A stretch of DNA of 64,000 nucleotides from Chloroflexota bacterium (GCA_027623195.1 JAQBUT010000001.1:64001-128000); one strand, 5' to 3'. Shown: positions 39,300 to 52,657, counted from the first letter of the stretch. The notes: generated by a model not told the origin, from the letters alone. Numbers and translations are program-made.

Positions 39300-41981
39300 A
39301 TGACACAGACCAGCCCCCGACGAGAAATCCCCAAAGCGTACGACGCCAAGGCCGTGGAAGAGCGCATCTACCAGTTCTGGACGGATGGCGGCTACTTCAC
39401 CCCGGAGATCGACAAGACAAAGCAGCCCTTCACTGTGATTATGCCGCCTCCCAACGTGACGGGCGAGCTCCACATGGGCCATGCTCTAACTACAGCGCTG
39501 GAAGACCTGATGGTTCGCTGGCACCGCATGCAGGGTGAGCCAACGCTTTTCCTGCCTGGCTCCGACCACGCAGGCATCGCCACACAGGTAGTCGTAGAGC
39601 GCACGCTGGCAGCCGACGGCATGACCCGCCATGACCTGGGGCGTGAAAAGTTCGTGGAGCGCGTCTGGCAATGGGTAGACCAGTACGGCAATCGAATCTA
39701 CGAGCAGCTGCGCCGACTGGGTGCCTCCTGCGACTGGTCTCGCACCGCCTTCACGCTGAACGAGGGACCCAGCAAAGCGGTCCGCACAACGTTTGTAAAT
39801 CTTTACAAGAAGGGCCTTATCTACAGGGGCGAGCGCATCACCAACTGGTGCCCCCGTTGTCGCACGGCCCTCTCCGACCTTGAAGTCAAGTACCAGGAAG
39901 AAAACGCCAGTCTGTACCATATACGGTACGAGCTGGAAGACGGCAGCGACTCGCTTGTCGTTGCCACCACGCGCCCGGAAACGCTCCTCGGCGACACGGC
40001 TGTCGCGGTAAATCCTGAAGACGACCGCTACAAAAAGTACATCGGTAAGAACGTGATACTGCCTGTCCTGAAACGGGCCATACCGGTGGTAGGCGACGAG
40101 GCCGTGGAATTGGAGTTTGGAACCGGCGCGCTGAAGGTGACGCCGGGGCACGACGCCGCGGACTTCGAGATTGGCCAACGCCACAGTCTGCCCATCATCA
40201 ACCTTATGGAGCTAGACGGCACGTTGAACGCCGATGCTGGTCCGTACCGGGGCCAGACGATGGCTGAGGCTCGCAAGAACATTATCGAAGAGCTAGAGCG
40301 CGACGGGTTGCTGGTTGAGGTGGAGCCATACCACCACTCGGTCGGGCACTGCGATAGGTCCGATGACGTGGTGGAGCCAATCGTCACGCTGCAATGGTAT
40401 GTGAGTATGGCGCCACTGGCCAAGCCCGCCAGAGACGCCGTAGCCAATGGTGACACTCAGATTATCCCAGAGCGTTTCTCCCGGGTTTATTTCAACTGGA
40501 TGGACAACATACGAGACTGGTGCATTAGTCGTCAGCTCTGGTGGGGACACCGCATCCCGGTGTGGTATTGCGAAGGCTGCAATGAGATCGTCGTCGAGCA
40601 TGAGGACCCCGAGTCATGCCCCAAGTGCGACTCCAAGAACCTCCGCCGTGACGAGGACGTGCTAGACACCTGGTTCAGCTCCGGCCTGTGGACCCACTCT
40701 ACTTTAGGGTGGCCTGATAAGTCTGAGGACCTGGACTACTTCTACCCCACAAGCGTCTTGGAGACAGGCTACGACATACTGTTCTTCTGGGTGGCCCGCA
40801 TGATGATGATGGGCATTGAGAACATGGAAAAGCCGCCGTTCCATACGGTGTACCTGCACGGCCTGGTCCTGGATCCTTCTGGCATAAAGATGAGCAAGAC
40901 CAAAGGCAACGTTCTCGACCCGCTGGATCTGATCGACATGTACGGCGCGGACGCGCTACGGTTCGCTCTCACCATAGGCACATCGCCTGGCAACAACCAG
41001 CGCCTGAACGAGCAGAAGCTGGAGGCCAGTCGAAACTTCGCGAATAAGCTGTGGAACGCCTCCCGATTCGTCATGAGCTACCTGGAGCGAGAGAAGGTGG
41101 CAGACGACTGGCACCAGCCTCCCACGCCTGTACATCGCCAGGACAGGTGGATTCTTAGCCGCCTGAACCGGTTGGCTGCAGACGTGCAAAGGCAAATGGA
41201 GGATTACAACTTCGGCGAGGCTCAGCGCACGGTCCACGACTTCATGTGGCACGAGTACGCCGACTGGTACATTGAGATGGCCAAGATTCGCATGCGCAGC
41301 GATCCGGACGGCCCGTCTCCAATGCCATACTTGGCCTACGTGCTGGAAAAGATACTCCGGCTCCTGCACCCCTTCATGCCCTTCGTCACAGAGGAGATAT
41401 GGCAGACGCTGCTGGAGTTCCTGCCGCCTGCTCCAGGTACTCCGAGCGCGCTCATCGTTGCCGATTACCCCAAGTCGGACCAGGCTTTGGTAGACCCAGA
41501 GGCCGAAGCAGAGGTCGATTCCGTAATCGAAATGATCAGGGCCATTCGCAACATGCGAGCCGAGTTCCGGATACAGCCTAACCAGAGCGTAGAGGCCATC
41601 GTGGAGACCCCTGAGATCGCCGACGTAGCCCGGGCAGAGGCGGACGCCATCAAGATGCTAGCCAAGGTGGACCCGCTTACGTTTGACACGAACGGGGGCT
41701 CTGACAACTCATCCAACGACAGGGTTTCCCTGGTACTGAAATCAGGGACGGTGACGATTCCTCTTGGCGGCCTAGTCGACCTGGAGAAGGAGCGCCAACG
41801 CCTGAGAGACGAGATAGAAGAGATTCAGACGAATCACGCCAGACTTTCCGGCAGACTACAGGACGAGAGCTTCACCTCCAAGGCGCCTGAGGAGGTTGTG
41901 GACAGGGAACGACTCAGGCTGGAAGGCATAGAGGAACGCCGCAGCCGCGTCGAGGAGATTCTCTCCCGACTGGGTGGCTAA
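39300..41981 (+). CDS. valS: Valine--tRNA ligase
   Basis: PPPNVTGELHMGH, DWCISRQLWWGHRIP, KMSKT, C-terminal coiled coil. Confidence 0.98.
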   Translation: MTQTSPRREIPKAYDAKAVEERIYQFWTDGGYFTPEIDKTKQPFTVIMPPPNVTGELHMGHALTTALEDLMVRWHRMQGEPTLFLPGSDHAGIATQVVVERTLAADGMTRHDLGREKFVERVWQWVDQYGNRIYEQLRRLGASCDWSRTAFTLNEGPSKAVRTTFVNLYKKGLIYRGERITNWCPRCRTALSDLEVKYQEENASLYHIRYELEDGSDSLVVATTRPETLLGDTAVAVNPEDDRYKKYIGKNVILPVLKRAIPVVGDEAVELEFGTGALKVTPGHDAADFEIGQRHSLPIINLMELDGTLNADAGPYRGQTMAEARKNIIEELERDGLLVEVEPYHHSVGHCDRSDDVVEPIVTLQWYVSMAPLAKPARDAVANGDTQIIPERFSRVYFNWMDNIRDWCISRQLWWGHRIPVWYCEGCNEIVVEHEDPESCPKCDSKNLRRDEDVLDTWFSSGLWTHSTLGWPDKSEDLDYFYPTSVLETGYDILFFWVARMMMMGIENMEKPPFHTVYLHGLVLDPSGIKMSKTKGNVLDPLDLIDMYGADALRFALTIGTSPGNNQRLNEQKLEASRNFANKLWNASRFVMSYLEREKVADDWHQPPTPVHRQDRWILSRLNRLAADVQRQMEDYNFGEAQRTVHDFMWHEYADWYIEMAKIRMRSDPDGPSPMPYLAYVLEKILRLLHPFMPFVTEEIWQTLLEFLPPAPGTPSALIVADYPKSDQALVDPEAEAEVDSVIEMIRAIRNMRAEFRIQPNQSVEAIVETPEIADVARAEADAIKMLAKVDPLTFDTNGGSDNSSNDRVSLVLKSGTVTIPLGGLVDLEKERQRLRDEIEEIQTNHARLSGRLQDESFTSKAPEEVVDRERLRLEGIEERRSRVEEILSRLGG

Positions 41982-42035
41982 TTCATTGGACAAAGCCACC
42001 TCTTTAGCATCCGTCGGTAAAGACATTCGCTTTCG

Positions 42036-43310
42036 ATGATCCGATTACGGAACCTATCTAGATTCCTCCCGCGCCTAGACCGCGACGGCAAGATAATCAT
42101 CGTCGCTTCTGCCATCCGAACCCTGGACTACGGCTTCCTCAGTGTTTTCCTGGGGGTCTACCTTTCCCTATTGAACTTCACGGCGTTGCAGGCCGGCATG
42201 GTGTTCAGCGGCATCATGGCAGGCAGCGCGCTTTCCAACCTCCTGGCCAGTTGGCGAGGCGACGCCATCGGTCGAAGGCGGCTGTTGGTGGGCCTGTCGG
42301 TGCTGATGGTCATGGGAGGCCTGCTCTTTCCCTGGACTTCCTCCGTCTGGGTACTGATGCTGATCGGCCTGTTCGCCGTCACTACGTCGTCTGGCGGCGA
42401 TAGGACGGCCTTCATCTCCATGGACACGGCCATTCTGGCGCAGACGTGCGAGCCATCGCAAAGGACCCTGGCATTTAGCTGGTACAACCTCGTCAGCATA
42501 TTCACCAAGGCCACCGGCGCTTTGCTGGTATCCGTACCCATCCTTCTTCAAAGCTGGGCCGGGATGGAGGAGATCGCATCCTTCAAGGCCATGTTCGCCG
42601 TTTACGCCGTGTTCGCTCTATGTGGCATCGCACTCTACGGAAAACTGTCGCCCAACGTTGAGCCGCCCGCCCAATCAGTTGGGAAAAACCGCATAGGAGG
42701 AAGCAGCGCCGATAGGAAGCTCATCATCAAGATGACCGCTGTTTCGTCGTTGGACGCCTTTGGAGGCGGGTTCATAGCACGAGGCTTCATATCCTACTGG
42801 TTCGTAACCAGGTTTGGGGTGGATGTGGTTTCCGTGTCAGCCGTATTCTTCGCGGCGCAGATGCTAAACGTGGTGTCTGTGGCATTGGCGGCGCCTGTGG
42901 CTTCTCGCATCGGGCTTGTGAATACCATGGCCTGGTCCCAGGCAGTCGCCAACCTGCTATTCATTGCAATGGCATTCGCATCCAACCTGTGGATGGCCAT
43001 CCTATTCTTTTTCCTGCACGAAGTCTCCAACGAGATGGACGTACCAACCCGGCAGTCATACACCATGGCCATCGTGCCGCAGGAGTCCAGAACAGCAATG
43101 GCCACGCTGAACAACCTGGGAAGGAACGCGGCGCAGGTAATAAGTCCCACAATTGGCGGATTCGTCGCACAGGTGGCCTTCTTGGGCGCGCCGTTCTTAG
43201 CAGGGGCGGGGGTAAAGCTGGTTTACAATTACATGCTTTACAGGATGTTCAAAGAGATAAAAGCACCTGAGGAGTCGGAGGAAATTGCTAGTGAGACATC
43301 CGGTGATTAA
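42036..43310 (+). CDS. MFS transporter
   Basis: GDAIGRRR motif A, LDAFGGG, MDVPTRQSY. Confidence 0.85.
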   Translation: MIRLRNLSRFLPRLDRDGKIIIVASAIRTLDYGFLSVFLGVYLSLLNFTALQAGMVFSGIMAGSALSNLLASWRGDAIGRRRLLVGLSVLMVMGGLLFPWTSSVWVLMLIGLFAVTTSSGGDRTAFISMDTAILAQTCEPSQRTLAFSWYNLVSIFTKATGALLVSVPILLQSWAGMEEIASFKAMFAVYAVFALCGIALYGKLSPNVEPPAQSVGKNRIGGSSADRKLIIKMTAVSSLDAFGGGFIARGFISYWFVTRFGVDVVSVSAVFFAAQMLNVVSVALAAPVASRIGLVNTMAWSQAVANLLFIAMAFASNLWMAILFFFLHEVSNEMDVPTRQSYTMAIVPQESRTAMATLNNLGRNAAQVISPTIGGFVAQVAFLGAPFLAGAGVKLVYNYMLYRMFKEIKAPEESEEIASETSGD

Positions 43311-43313
43311 CGC

Positions 43314-44033
43314 CTAAGATATCTTAATCACCGGATGCTTTGGCATCGCCATCTCGAGCAGGGCGTCCAGGCCCTTCTTCGTATCGCTGGCAATCTTAGC
43401 CTTGTCTGAAGTCTTTATCCTGTACTTGAAAAGCCAGTAGGTGAACTCTTTCAACTGAGTGACGGACATGACTTCCAGGCTGTCATAACTGCCCTCTTGC
43501 CTGAACTCTTCCATCAAGGCTTCCCGGGGCTCACGATAAATCTTCTCGAATACCTCATCCGAGTAATCGCCTTCATACTGGTTGCCATTACTCAGCTTAC
43601 GCTTGTGGACCTCTCGCTCCACGGCCATCTGAAGGGCCTCCTCAACGACCACACCGTAATAGTAGTTAAGGTAACCTCTGCGCTTATGAACACCCAGTAG
43701 CTCTTTGACCTGCGAATCATCGAACGACGCTGGAAACCTACCCGTGAAAAGTAACTCTTCCATTTCGTCCGCAGGAATGAACTCGCCAACCTCTTGGCAT
43801 AGGCGCTCTGCTAACAGCAGCCAATCGAAGGCCTCTCCACCAATGAAGTAGGAAAATTGCCGGCCTCCCACAGTCTCCACGGGGACCGTCCATAACGCCA
43901 TTGACTTCAGAAGGGCGACAGGCCATTCCACACCGTCATTGAGCAGCCTCCGCAGGTGCTCAATCGGATCGATATCCGCCAAGACTTCTGTGTGCTGCTC
44001 TTCTTCGAGCAGTAGGTCATGTAAGTCTTGCAA
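43314..44033 (-). CDS. Hypothetical protein overlapping polX
   Basis: 239-aa ORF starting within the last 17 bp of polX; no family motif recognised. Confidence 0.7.
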   Translation of the reverse strand: MQDLHDLLLEEEQHTEVLADIDPIEHLRRLLNDGVEWPVALLKSMALWTVPVETVGGRQFSYFIGGEAFDWLLLAERLCQEVGEFIPADEMEELLFTGRFPASFDDSQVKELLGVHKRRGYLNYYYGVVVEEALQMAVEREVHKRKLSNGNQYEGDYSDEVFEKIYREPREALMEEFRQEGSYDSLEVMSVTQLKEFTYWLFKYRIKTSDKAKIASDTKKGLDALLEMAMPKHPVIKIS

Positions 44034-45777
44034 AGGCCTCAGTCCTCTCAGTCTTGTTCAACGCCAGGTATTCCAAGAACTGCCGCAACGGTAGCGTATT
44101 CAGAATATGTTTGCGCTCGCACCAGCCCCGGCGGGCAATCCCCACTCCGTAGCGAGTGTTGTTCAGGCCCTCGGTAGTATGTGCGTCCGTGCTAATTACT
44201 AGCGGCACGCCCAACTCCCGGGCCCGATACACGTGCGCATCCTTAAGGTCCATCCGCTCCGGCGAAGCGTTAATCTCCAGCGCCGTGCCGGTCTCGGCCG
44301 CCGCCTTGAATATGGCCTCGAAATCTGCCTCGATGGGCTGCCTTTCGCCGACCAGTCTGGTGGTCAGGTGACCTATGACATCCACATGAGGATTGTGCAT
44401 GGCTTTGATAATGCGTTCCGTCATAATCTGAGAGTCCTGGCCCATAGCAGAATGTACCGAGGCCACAACCCAATCTAATTTTTCCAGGATATCATCGGAA
44501 TAGTCTAGGGAGCCATCGGCGCGAATATCCATTTCTGTGCCGGTGAATAACCTGATGCCACCAATGCTCTGTTCCAGCTCTCTGACCAGAGCCACGTGGT
44601 TTTCCAAGCGTTCAGGACTTAGGCCATTGGCTATTCCGCGCCCAACGGAGTGGTCCGTGATCGCCAGATATTCCAGGCCACGCTCTTTAGCGGACAGGAT
44701 CATGGTCTCCATTGGGTCCCGACCGTCGCTCCAGTCTGTATGGTCGTGCAGATCGCCCCTGATATCGCTTATCTCCACCAAGGTAGGAATACGATTCTCC
44801 CGCGCCGCCTGTACCTCCCAGACGCCTTGGCGTAGCTCAGGCGGGACGTAAACCATGCCCAGCCTCTGGTATATGCCTTCCTCGTCGGAGAACATCTCCA
44901 GCTCGCCCGTTTCCTTGTCAGTCAGCCCATACTCATTAAGAGACAAGCCCAAATCGTTGGCCCTATCCCTTAGTTGAATATTGTGTTGCAGATTGCCTGA
45001 GAAGTATTGAAGCAAAGCGCCGAAATGGCTGTCCTCGACTACTCGCAGGTCTATCTGGATTCCATCGCTGAGGTAAACCGACGCCTTGGTGTCGCCGTGA
45101 CCCAACACGTCTGCGACGTTAGGCATGGCAACCAGCGCGTCCAACACCAACTTGGGCTCGTCGGCAGTACATAGCATGTCTATGTCGCCAACGGTCTCCT
45201 CCATGCGGCGTACGCTTCCGGCGATGGTCAGGTTGCGCACATCAGGGCACTTCTCTTTAATTGCGGCCATAACGCGCTCTGCAATTGGCATGGCCCGAGC
45301 CATCGGCATTCGTTGGCCCTTGGTCCTCTGGAACTGCAACTGCTTTGCAATATTATCGGCTGTCTTCTGACCCAAGCGGGGCAGGGAAGCCAGGCTTCCG
45401 TCCTCAATAGCCCTTTCCAGGTCAGCGACGTTGGTGACGTCCAGCTCTTGCCAGAGTCTGCGAACAGTTTTGGGACCCAACCCCGGAATCTGCATTACAT
45501 CCAGGATTCCTTCCGGGAACTCAGCCTTGAGCCTGTCAAAGTAGACCAGGCCGTCGGTGGTGACCATTTCAATTATTTTTTCTGATATAGCCTTTCCTAT
45601 GCCGGGTATTTCCTGAAGGTCTTGCCCTTCGCGAACCATATGATCCAACTCGGTGGGAAGACGCTCGATAGTCCGCGCAGCCTTCTGGTAGGCGCGAATG
45701 GTGAATACCTTCTCGCCTTTCATCTCCAGAAGATCGCCTATGATCTCGAATTTCTCTGCTATCTGCGCATTATTCAT
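44017..45777 (-). CDS. polX: DNA polymerase X / PHP 3'-5' exonuclease
   Basis: AGSVRR..ETVGDID, IDLR, PPELR, PHP HDHTDWSDG, TDHS, STDAH. Confidence 0.95.
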   Translation of the reverse strand: MNNAQIAEKFEIIGDLLEMKGEKVFTIRAYQKAARTIERLPTELDHMVREGQDLQEIPGIGKAISEKIIEMVTTDGLVYFDRLKAEFPEGILDVMQIPGLGPKTVRRLWQELDVTNVADLERAIEDGSLASLPRLGQKTADNIAKQLQFQRTKGQRMPMARAMPIAERVMAAIKEKCPDVRNLTIAGSVRRMEETVGDIDMLCTADEPKLVLDALVAMPNVADVLGHGDTKASVYLSDGIQIDLRVVEDSHFGALLQYFSGNLQHNIQLRDRANDLGLSLNEYGLTDKETGELEMFSDEEGIYQRLGMVYVPPELRQGVWEVQAARENRIPTLVEISDIRGDLHDHTDWSDGRDPMETMILSAKERGLEYLAITDHSVGRGIANGLSPERLENHVALVRELEQSIGGIRLFTGTEMDIRADGSLDYSDDILEKLDWVVASVHSAMGQDSQIMTERIIKAMHNPHVDVIGHLTTRLVGERQPIEADFEAIFKAAAETGTALEINASPERMDLKDAHVYRARELGVPLVISTDAHTTEGLNNTRYGVGIARRGWCERKHILNTLPLRQFLEYLALNKTERTEAFARLT

Positions 45778-45998
45778 GGTTTTCAGATTTGCACTACGGG
45801 CCGAACTGGCTTGAATTCTCCCTAGTTGGCCGATGAGTCTGTGTTTGCGAACGATTCGTTCGGATTTTCACGGCGAGCCGCACATTTTCGAGATGGTCTG
45901 AACTGGCTGCTGTGTCATTTTGACGTCAGATATCGCTGGATTATAGCCCAGGGCCACACACTGTAGGCGTGGCTTTTATCGGCCAACGGATGAAAACC

Positions 45999-48656
<2,658 letters not shown>

Positions 48657-48947
48657 CGGATTCCGTCTCCGTTAGAGAAGTAATCAGGCAGCCCCTCGGT
48701 GAAGCCCGCCTGTCGCAGTAGTATTTTATTTGGGCCGAAGCCCCATACAGTTATACATTATAACCCAAAGGTAAATACTGACCATGCCGGGGAATTCCAA
48801 ACGGGGCGCGAGTCAAGGACGTAATGCAAAGGAGTTGAATTACACGTCGCCTGGAGGAAAAGACAGAGGAAATATCACAGAATGCGATAGAAATTATGAA
48901 GCGAAACCGCGTTATCGGATGATGTCAGTCGGGGTCAGATTCGCTAC

Positions 48948-49928
48948 CTAATGGACATCGTTGAACATGGCACCTACGGACTCACCGCTGTGAATTCGCC
49001 CTATGGCCTCACCAAGAATGGAAGCCACAGATATGGCACTGATATTGGTCCCCATTCTGTCGCTTGGAACTGGCAGGGTATCGGTCACGACTATCTCCTT
49101 GACGGAACCGTCGTCCAGCACCTCCGTAGCCCTACCTGACAGCACAGGGTGTGTGACGTAACAGTAGATATCTTTAACACCGTGCCTCATTAACGTCTCA
49201 GCCGTAGCAATTACCGTGCCGCCCGTGCCAATCTCGTCGTCCACAATCAACGCGGTCTTGCCATTGACGTCGCCAATAAGGTTGGAGGATTCGATCTGCT
49301 CCATGTTGTTCCTCGTGCGAACCTTTTCAACAATGGCGAGAGGGGCCTTCAATATGTTGGCTGTGCTGCGGGCGCGTTTGGCGTCACCTGCGTCTGTGGC
49401 CACCACCACTACATTTTCGTTCAACCCTTTGCCCTGAAAGTGGCGAGCCAGCATAGATACCGCCGTCAACTCGTCCACAGGGATGTTAAAGAAGCCCTGT
49501 ATTTGCCCGGCATGCAGATCTATAGTCATGACTCTGTTTGCGCCGGCGGTCTCAATGAGGTTGGCCAGTAGCCTGGCAGTGATAGGAACTCGCGGTTGGT
49601 CTTTCTTGTCGCTGCGCCCGTAGCCATAGTAGGGGATCACTGCCGTGATTCGCCCGGCAGAGGCCCGCTTCGCAGCATCAATCATGATTAACAGCTCCAT
49701 AATGCTGTCGTTCACAGGAACGGCACAGGACTGAACCAGGTACACGTCTCGCTCTCGAACGTTTTCGAGGATTCTCACGAAGGTGTTGTCGTTGCTGAAC
49801 TTAAACACATCGCAGGCACCGAGCGCTATGTTCAGATGTGAGCAAATGTCCTTCGCCAACTGCGGGTGGGCGTTTCCTGTAAATACTTTGAGGTCTTCAG
49901 ACACCGGCATGGCATTAATCCTTGTCAT
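48948..49928 (-). CDS. prs: Ribose-phosphate pyrophosphokinase
   Basis: PYYGYGRSDKK, DLHAGQIQGFF, VDDEIGTGGT. Confidence 0.95.
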   Translation of the reverse strand: MTRINAMPVSEDLKVFTGNAHPQLAKDICSHLNIALGACDVFKFSNDNTFVRILENVRERDVYLVQSCAVPVNDSIMELLIMIDAAKRASAGRITAVIPYYGYGRSDKKDQPRVPITARLLANLIETAGANRVMTIDLHAGQIQGFFNIPVDELTAVSMLARHFQGKGLNENVVVVATDAGDAKRARSTANILKAPLAIVEKVRTRNNMEQIESSNLIGDVNGKTALIVDDEIGTGGTVIATAETLMRHGVKDIYCYVTHPVLSGRATEVLDDGSVKEIVVTDTLPVPSDRMGTNISAISVASILGEAIGRIHSGESVGAMFNDVH

Positions 49929-50148
49929 TCGCTGTAAAAGACATTCGCTATCACGCGCGCTCTAGTCCCCGTTTGAATCTGCGACGGACGGCCTCGCCAC
50001 AGTCACAGACCAGATTGCGGAGCGCGGGGATTATAGCACAAGGTCTGCCCTAGACCAATTCGAGCCTGCGCCTCCAGCATGGCCAATTGATGAAACACAC
50101 CCGTATAATTCACCAGTATCCTAATTCTCCAATAAACCGAGGACAGAT

Positions 50149-51402
50149 TTGCAAAGCGACCAGGCATCGGATATTCCAGAGAGGCCAAAGCTAAGGCTAA
50201 TAGAGCCTCAATTAATTCATTACCAGGGTGGAGAGTATATTTACCTGCGAGACCCTCTGGGCATGGCACCGGAATCTGTGCTCATACCCCAACAGCTTCT
50301 GCCGCTTCTGACGATGTGCGACGGGACTAGGGATATCCCCAGTCTTCAATCAGCGTTTATGCTGCGCACCGGCGCTCAACTGAACGACGAGGCAATGCGG
50401 GACATAATGTTGCAATTGGATGCGGCGTTTCTACTGGAGAACGGGGCGTACCGAGCAGCCGTTCAGCATAAGCTTCAGGACTATCGGCAGGCGGACCACC
50501 GACGGGCCTCTCATGCCGACCTCGTCTACCCAGCGGAACCTGAGGAACTGGCCTCCACCTTCGCTGACTACGTGGCCAAGATTCCTGAGACAGACGAAGC
50601 GAATGCGATACCCGGCGACCTTGTGGGCATGCTGTGCCCTCACATCGACTACGCTCGCGGACATAAGACGTATGCGGAGTTGTGGGAGCGGGCCAAGCCC
50701 TCTCTGGAAGACGCAGAGCTGGTTATCATCCTGGGAACGGACCACTCCGGCGGCCTGGGCATGATTACGCCGACCCGCCAGAACTACTCCACGCCCCACG
50801 GCCTGCTGCCCACAGACACAGATATAGTGGACGGGTTGGCGGACGTCCTGGGTCAGGATCGCGCTTACCAGGAAGAGATACACCACCTGAACGAACACTC
50901 CATAGAGTTGGCGTCTGTCTGGCTACACCACTATATGGGCAGAGCTTGCCCGGTGGTCCCGGTGCTGTGCGGCTCCTTTCACCACTACATGGTGGGACCA
51001 GGATACCCCGATGAGGCACAGCACATTGCGGACGCCATCGATTACCTGAAGGAAATCACCCAGGAGCGCCGGACTCTGGTCATCGCAGCCGGCGACCTTG
51101 CCCACGTGGGGCCGGCATTCGGAGACCCTCAGCCCATCGACCCCATTGCCCGCGCCAAGCTCACGGCAGACGACGGCGCATCGTTGGAAGACTTCTGTAG
51201 AGGGGATGCACAGGCCTTCCTGGAGCGTTCCCGCAGAGAGACAGACTCACGGCGTATATGCGGGCTGTCGCCAATTTACCTGACTCTAAAGCTTGTGGGG
51301 GATGGCGTGACAGGCGAGTCCATGGGCTACGACCAGTGTCCGGCCGATGCCGACGGCGGTTCCCTGGTGTCCATTGCAGGGGCGCTGCTTTACAAGTCCT
51401 AG
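50149..51402 (+). CDS. amrB: AmmeMemoRadiSam system protein B (MEMO1 family) with N-terminal extension
   Basis: PHIDY, LGTDH, EHSIE, DLAHVG, ICG. Confidence 0.8.
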   Translation: MQSDQASDIPERPKLRLIEPQLIHYQGGEYIYLRDPLGMAPESVLIPQQLLPLLTMCDGTRDIPSLQSAFMLRTGAQLNDEAMRDIMLQLDAAFLLENGAYRAAVQHKLQDYRQADHRRASHADLVYPAEPEELASTFADYVAKIPETDEANAIPGDLVGMLCPHIDYARGHKTYAELWERAKPSLEDAELVIILGTDHSGGLGMITPTRQNYSTPHGLLPTDTDIVDGLADVLGQDRAYQEEIHHLNEHSIELASVWLHHYMGRACPVVPVLCGSFHHYMVGPGYPDEAQHIADAIDYLKEITQERRTLVIAAGDLAHVGPAFGDPQPIDPIARAKLTADDGASLEDFCRGDAQAFLERSRRETDSRRICGLSPIYLTLKLVGDGVTGESMGYDQCPADADGGSLVSIAGALLYKS

Positions 51403-51457
51403 AGGCCTTTAGGCGAATTAACAACATTCTCGTAAGTTGAGGCTTTAGAGGTAGTAT

Positions 51458-51521
51458 CCATCCACAGGCTCAGGGCGAATGAAACTTCAGTGATACGTTC
51501 GTGGTGGGCTTGTCGAACCAC
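51458..51521. repeat. Degenerate REP-like palindromic element
   Basis: CCATCCACAGGCTCAGGGCGAATG ... CGTTCGTGGTGGGCTTGTCGAACCAC; arms partly complementary and resemble, from memory, the TTCGACAGGCTCA...TGAGCCTGTCGAA repeat type. Confidence 0.55.
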
Positions 51522-51584
51522 AGCTATTCCAAAACGTAGTAATCCAGATGGTTTTTTGATTATCAGTGAAAAAGGAGGCTCTTC

Positions 51585-52613
51585 ATGCGAGGCGTGGTAT
51601 TCACAGGCGATAGCAAACTCGAGATAAAAGAGTTCCCAGACCCTACACCAGGTCCAGGCCAGGTCGTGGTAAAAATGCGATCTTCAGGCCTGTGCGGCAG
51701 CGACCTTAGGCCGTACCGTTCTTCCGCCGAGCAGCTTGGCGCACGAACGCAAATCATCTCCGGGCACGAGCCCTGCGGCGAGGTTATGGAGCTTGGGCAG
51801 GATGTGACCAACGTTAAAGTCGGCGACAGGATCATGGTCCACCACTACAGCGGCTGCCAAAAGTGCGAGTTCTGCCGTACCGGATGGACACAGCTTTGCC
51901 AGAGCAGCTACCAAAAGGTCTACGGCTCCGGGGCTCATGGGGGCAACGCCGACTACGAACTGATCGAGTCCTACATGTGCGTTCCCCTACACGAAGGCGT
52001 TAGCTTTGAGGAGGGCGCTGCCATTGCCTGCGGCACGGGAACTGCTTACCAGGCTCTGCGCCGGTTGGACGTATCCGGTCGCGATGTCTTGGCCGTCTTC
52101 GGACAAGGCCCAGTCGGTCTCAGCGGGACCTTTCTCGGGGCGCACATGGGCGCTCGCGTCATAGCCGTGGACCCGGTGCCGGAGCGCCGCAAGCTAGCCG
52201 AGGAGTCCGGCGCGTGGAAGTCTATCGACCCCAACGCTGTCAACCCCGTAGAGGCTATTTACGAGATGACAGGCGGTCGAGGCGCAGATGCCACGCTGGA
52301 CGCCACTGGCATCGGCGAGGTGCGCGCCAACGCCATACGCAGCACGCGTATCTGGGGTAGGGCCTGCCTGGTAGGCGAGGGCGGCACAATGAACCTCGAG
52401 CCGTCGCCTGACATTATCCATCGCCAGCTTAACCTTTTCGGCTCATGGACCTTCAGCACGGTTATCCTGGGCGAGCTAGCCAACTGGATTGTCGAGCGAG
52501 ACATTCCCCTGGACAGCATAATCACCCAGCGGTTCACCCTGGACAAGGCCAAGGAGGCCTACGAATTGTTTAACGGCGGCACAACAGGCAAAGTTGTAAT
52601 CAACTGGGATTAG
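51585..52613 (+). CDS. Zinc-binding alcohol dehydrogenase (MDR family)
   Basis: GLCGSD, GHEPCG, CQKCEFC..C, GQGPVG. Confidence 0.9.
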   Translation: MRGVVFTGDSKLEIKEFPDPTPGPGQVVVKMRSSGLCGSDLRPYRSSAEQLGARTQIISGHEPCGEVMELGQDVTNVKVGDRIMVHHYSGCQKCEFCRTGWTQLCQSSYQKVYGSGAHGGNADYELIESYMCVPLHEGVSFEEGAAIACGTGTAYQALRRLDVSGRDVLAVFGQGPVGLSGTFLGAHMGARVIAVDPVPERRKLAEESGAWKSIDPNAVNPVEAIYEMTGGRGADATLDATGIGEVRANAIRSTRIWGRACLVGEGGTMNLEPSPDIIHRQLNLFGSWTFSTVILGELANWIVERDIPLDSIITQRFTLDKAKEAYELFNGGTTGKVVINWD

Positions 52614-52657
52614 TTTTTCGTCCAAACATCCCGTCGTGGTGGAGCAGATAAGAGCCA

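Noticed and set aside
45848..45862. CGAAC-GATTC-GTTCG palindrome upstream of polX as a LexA/SOS box
   Set aside because: Spacer is 5 nt; the Gram-positive/Dehalococcoides-type box is GAAC-N4-GTTC. Suggestive but not supportable
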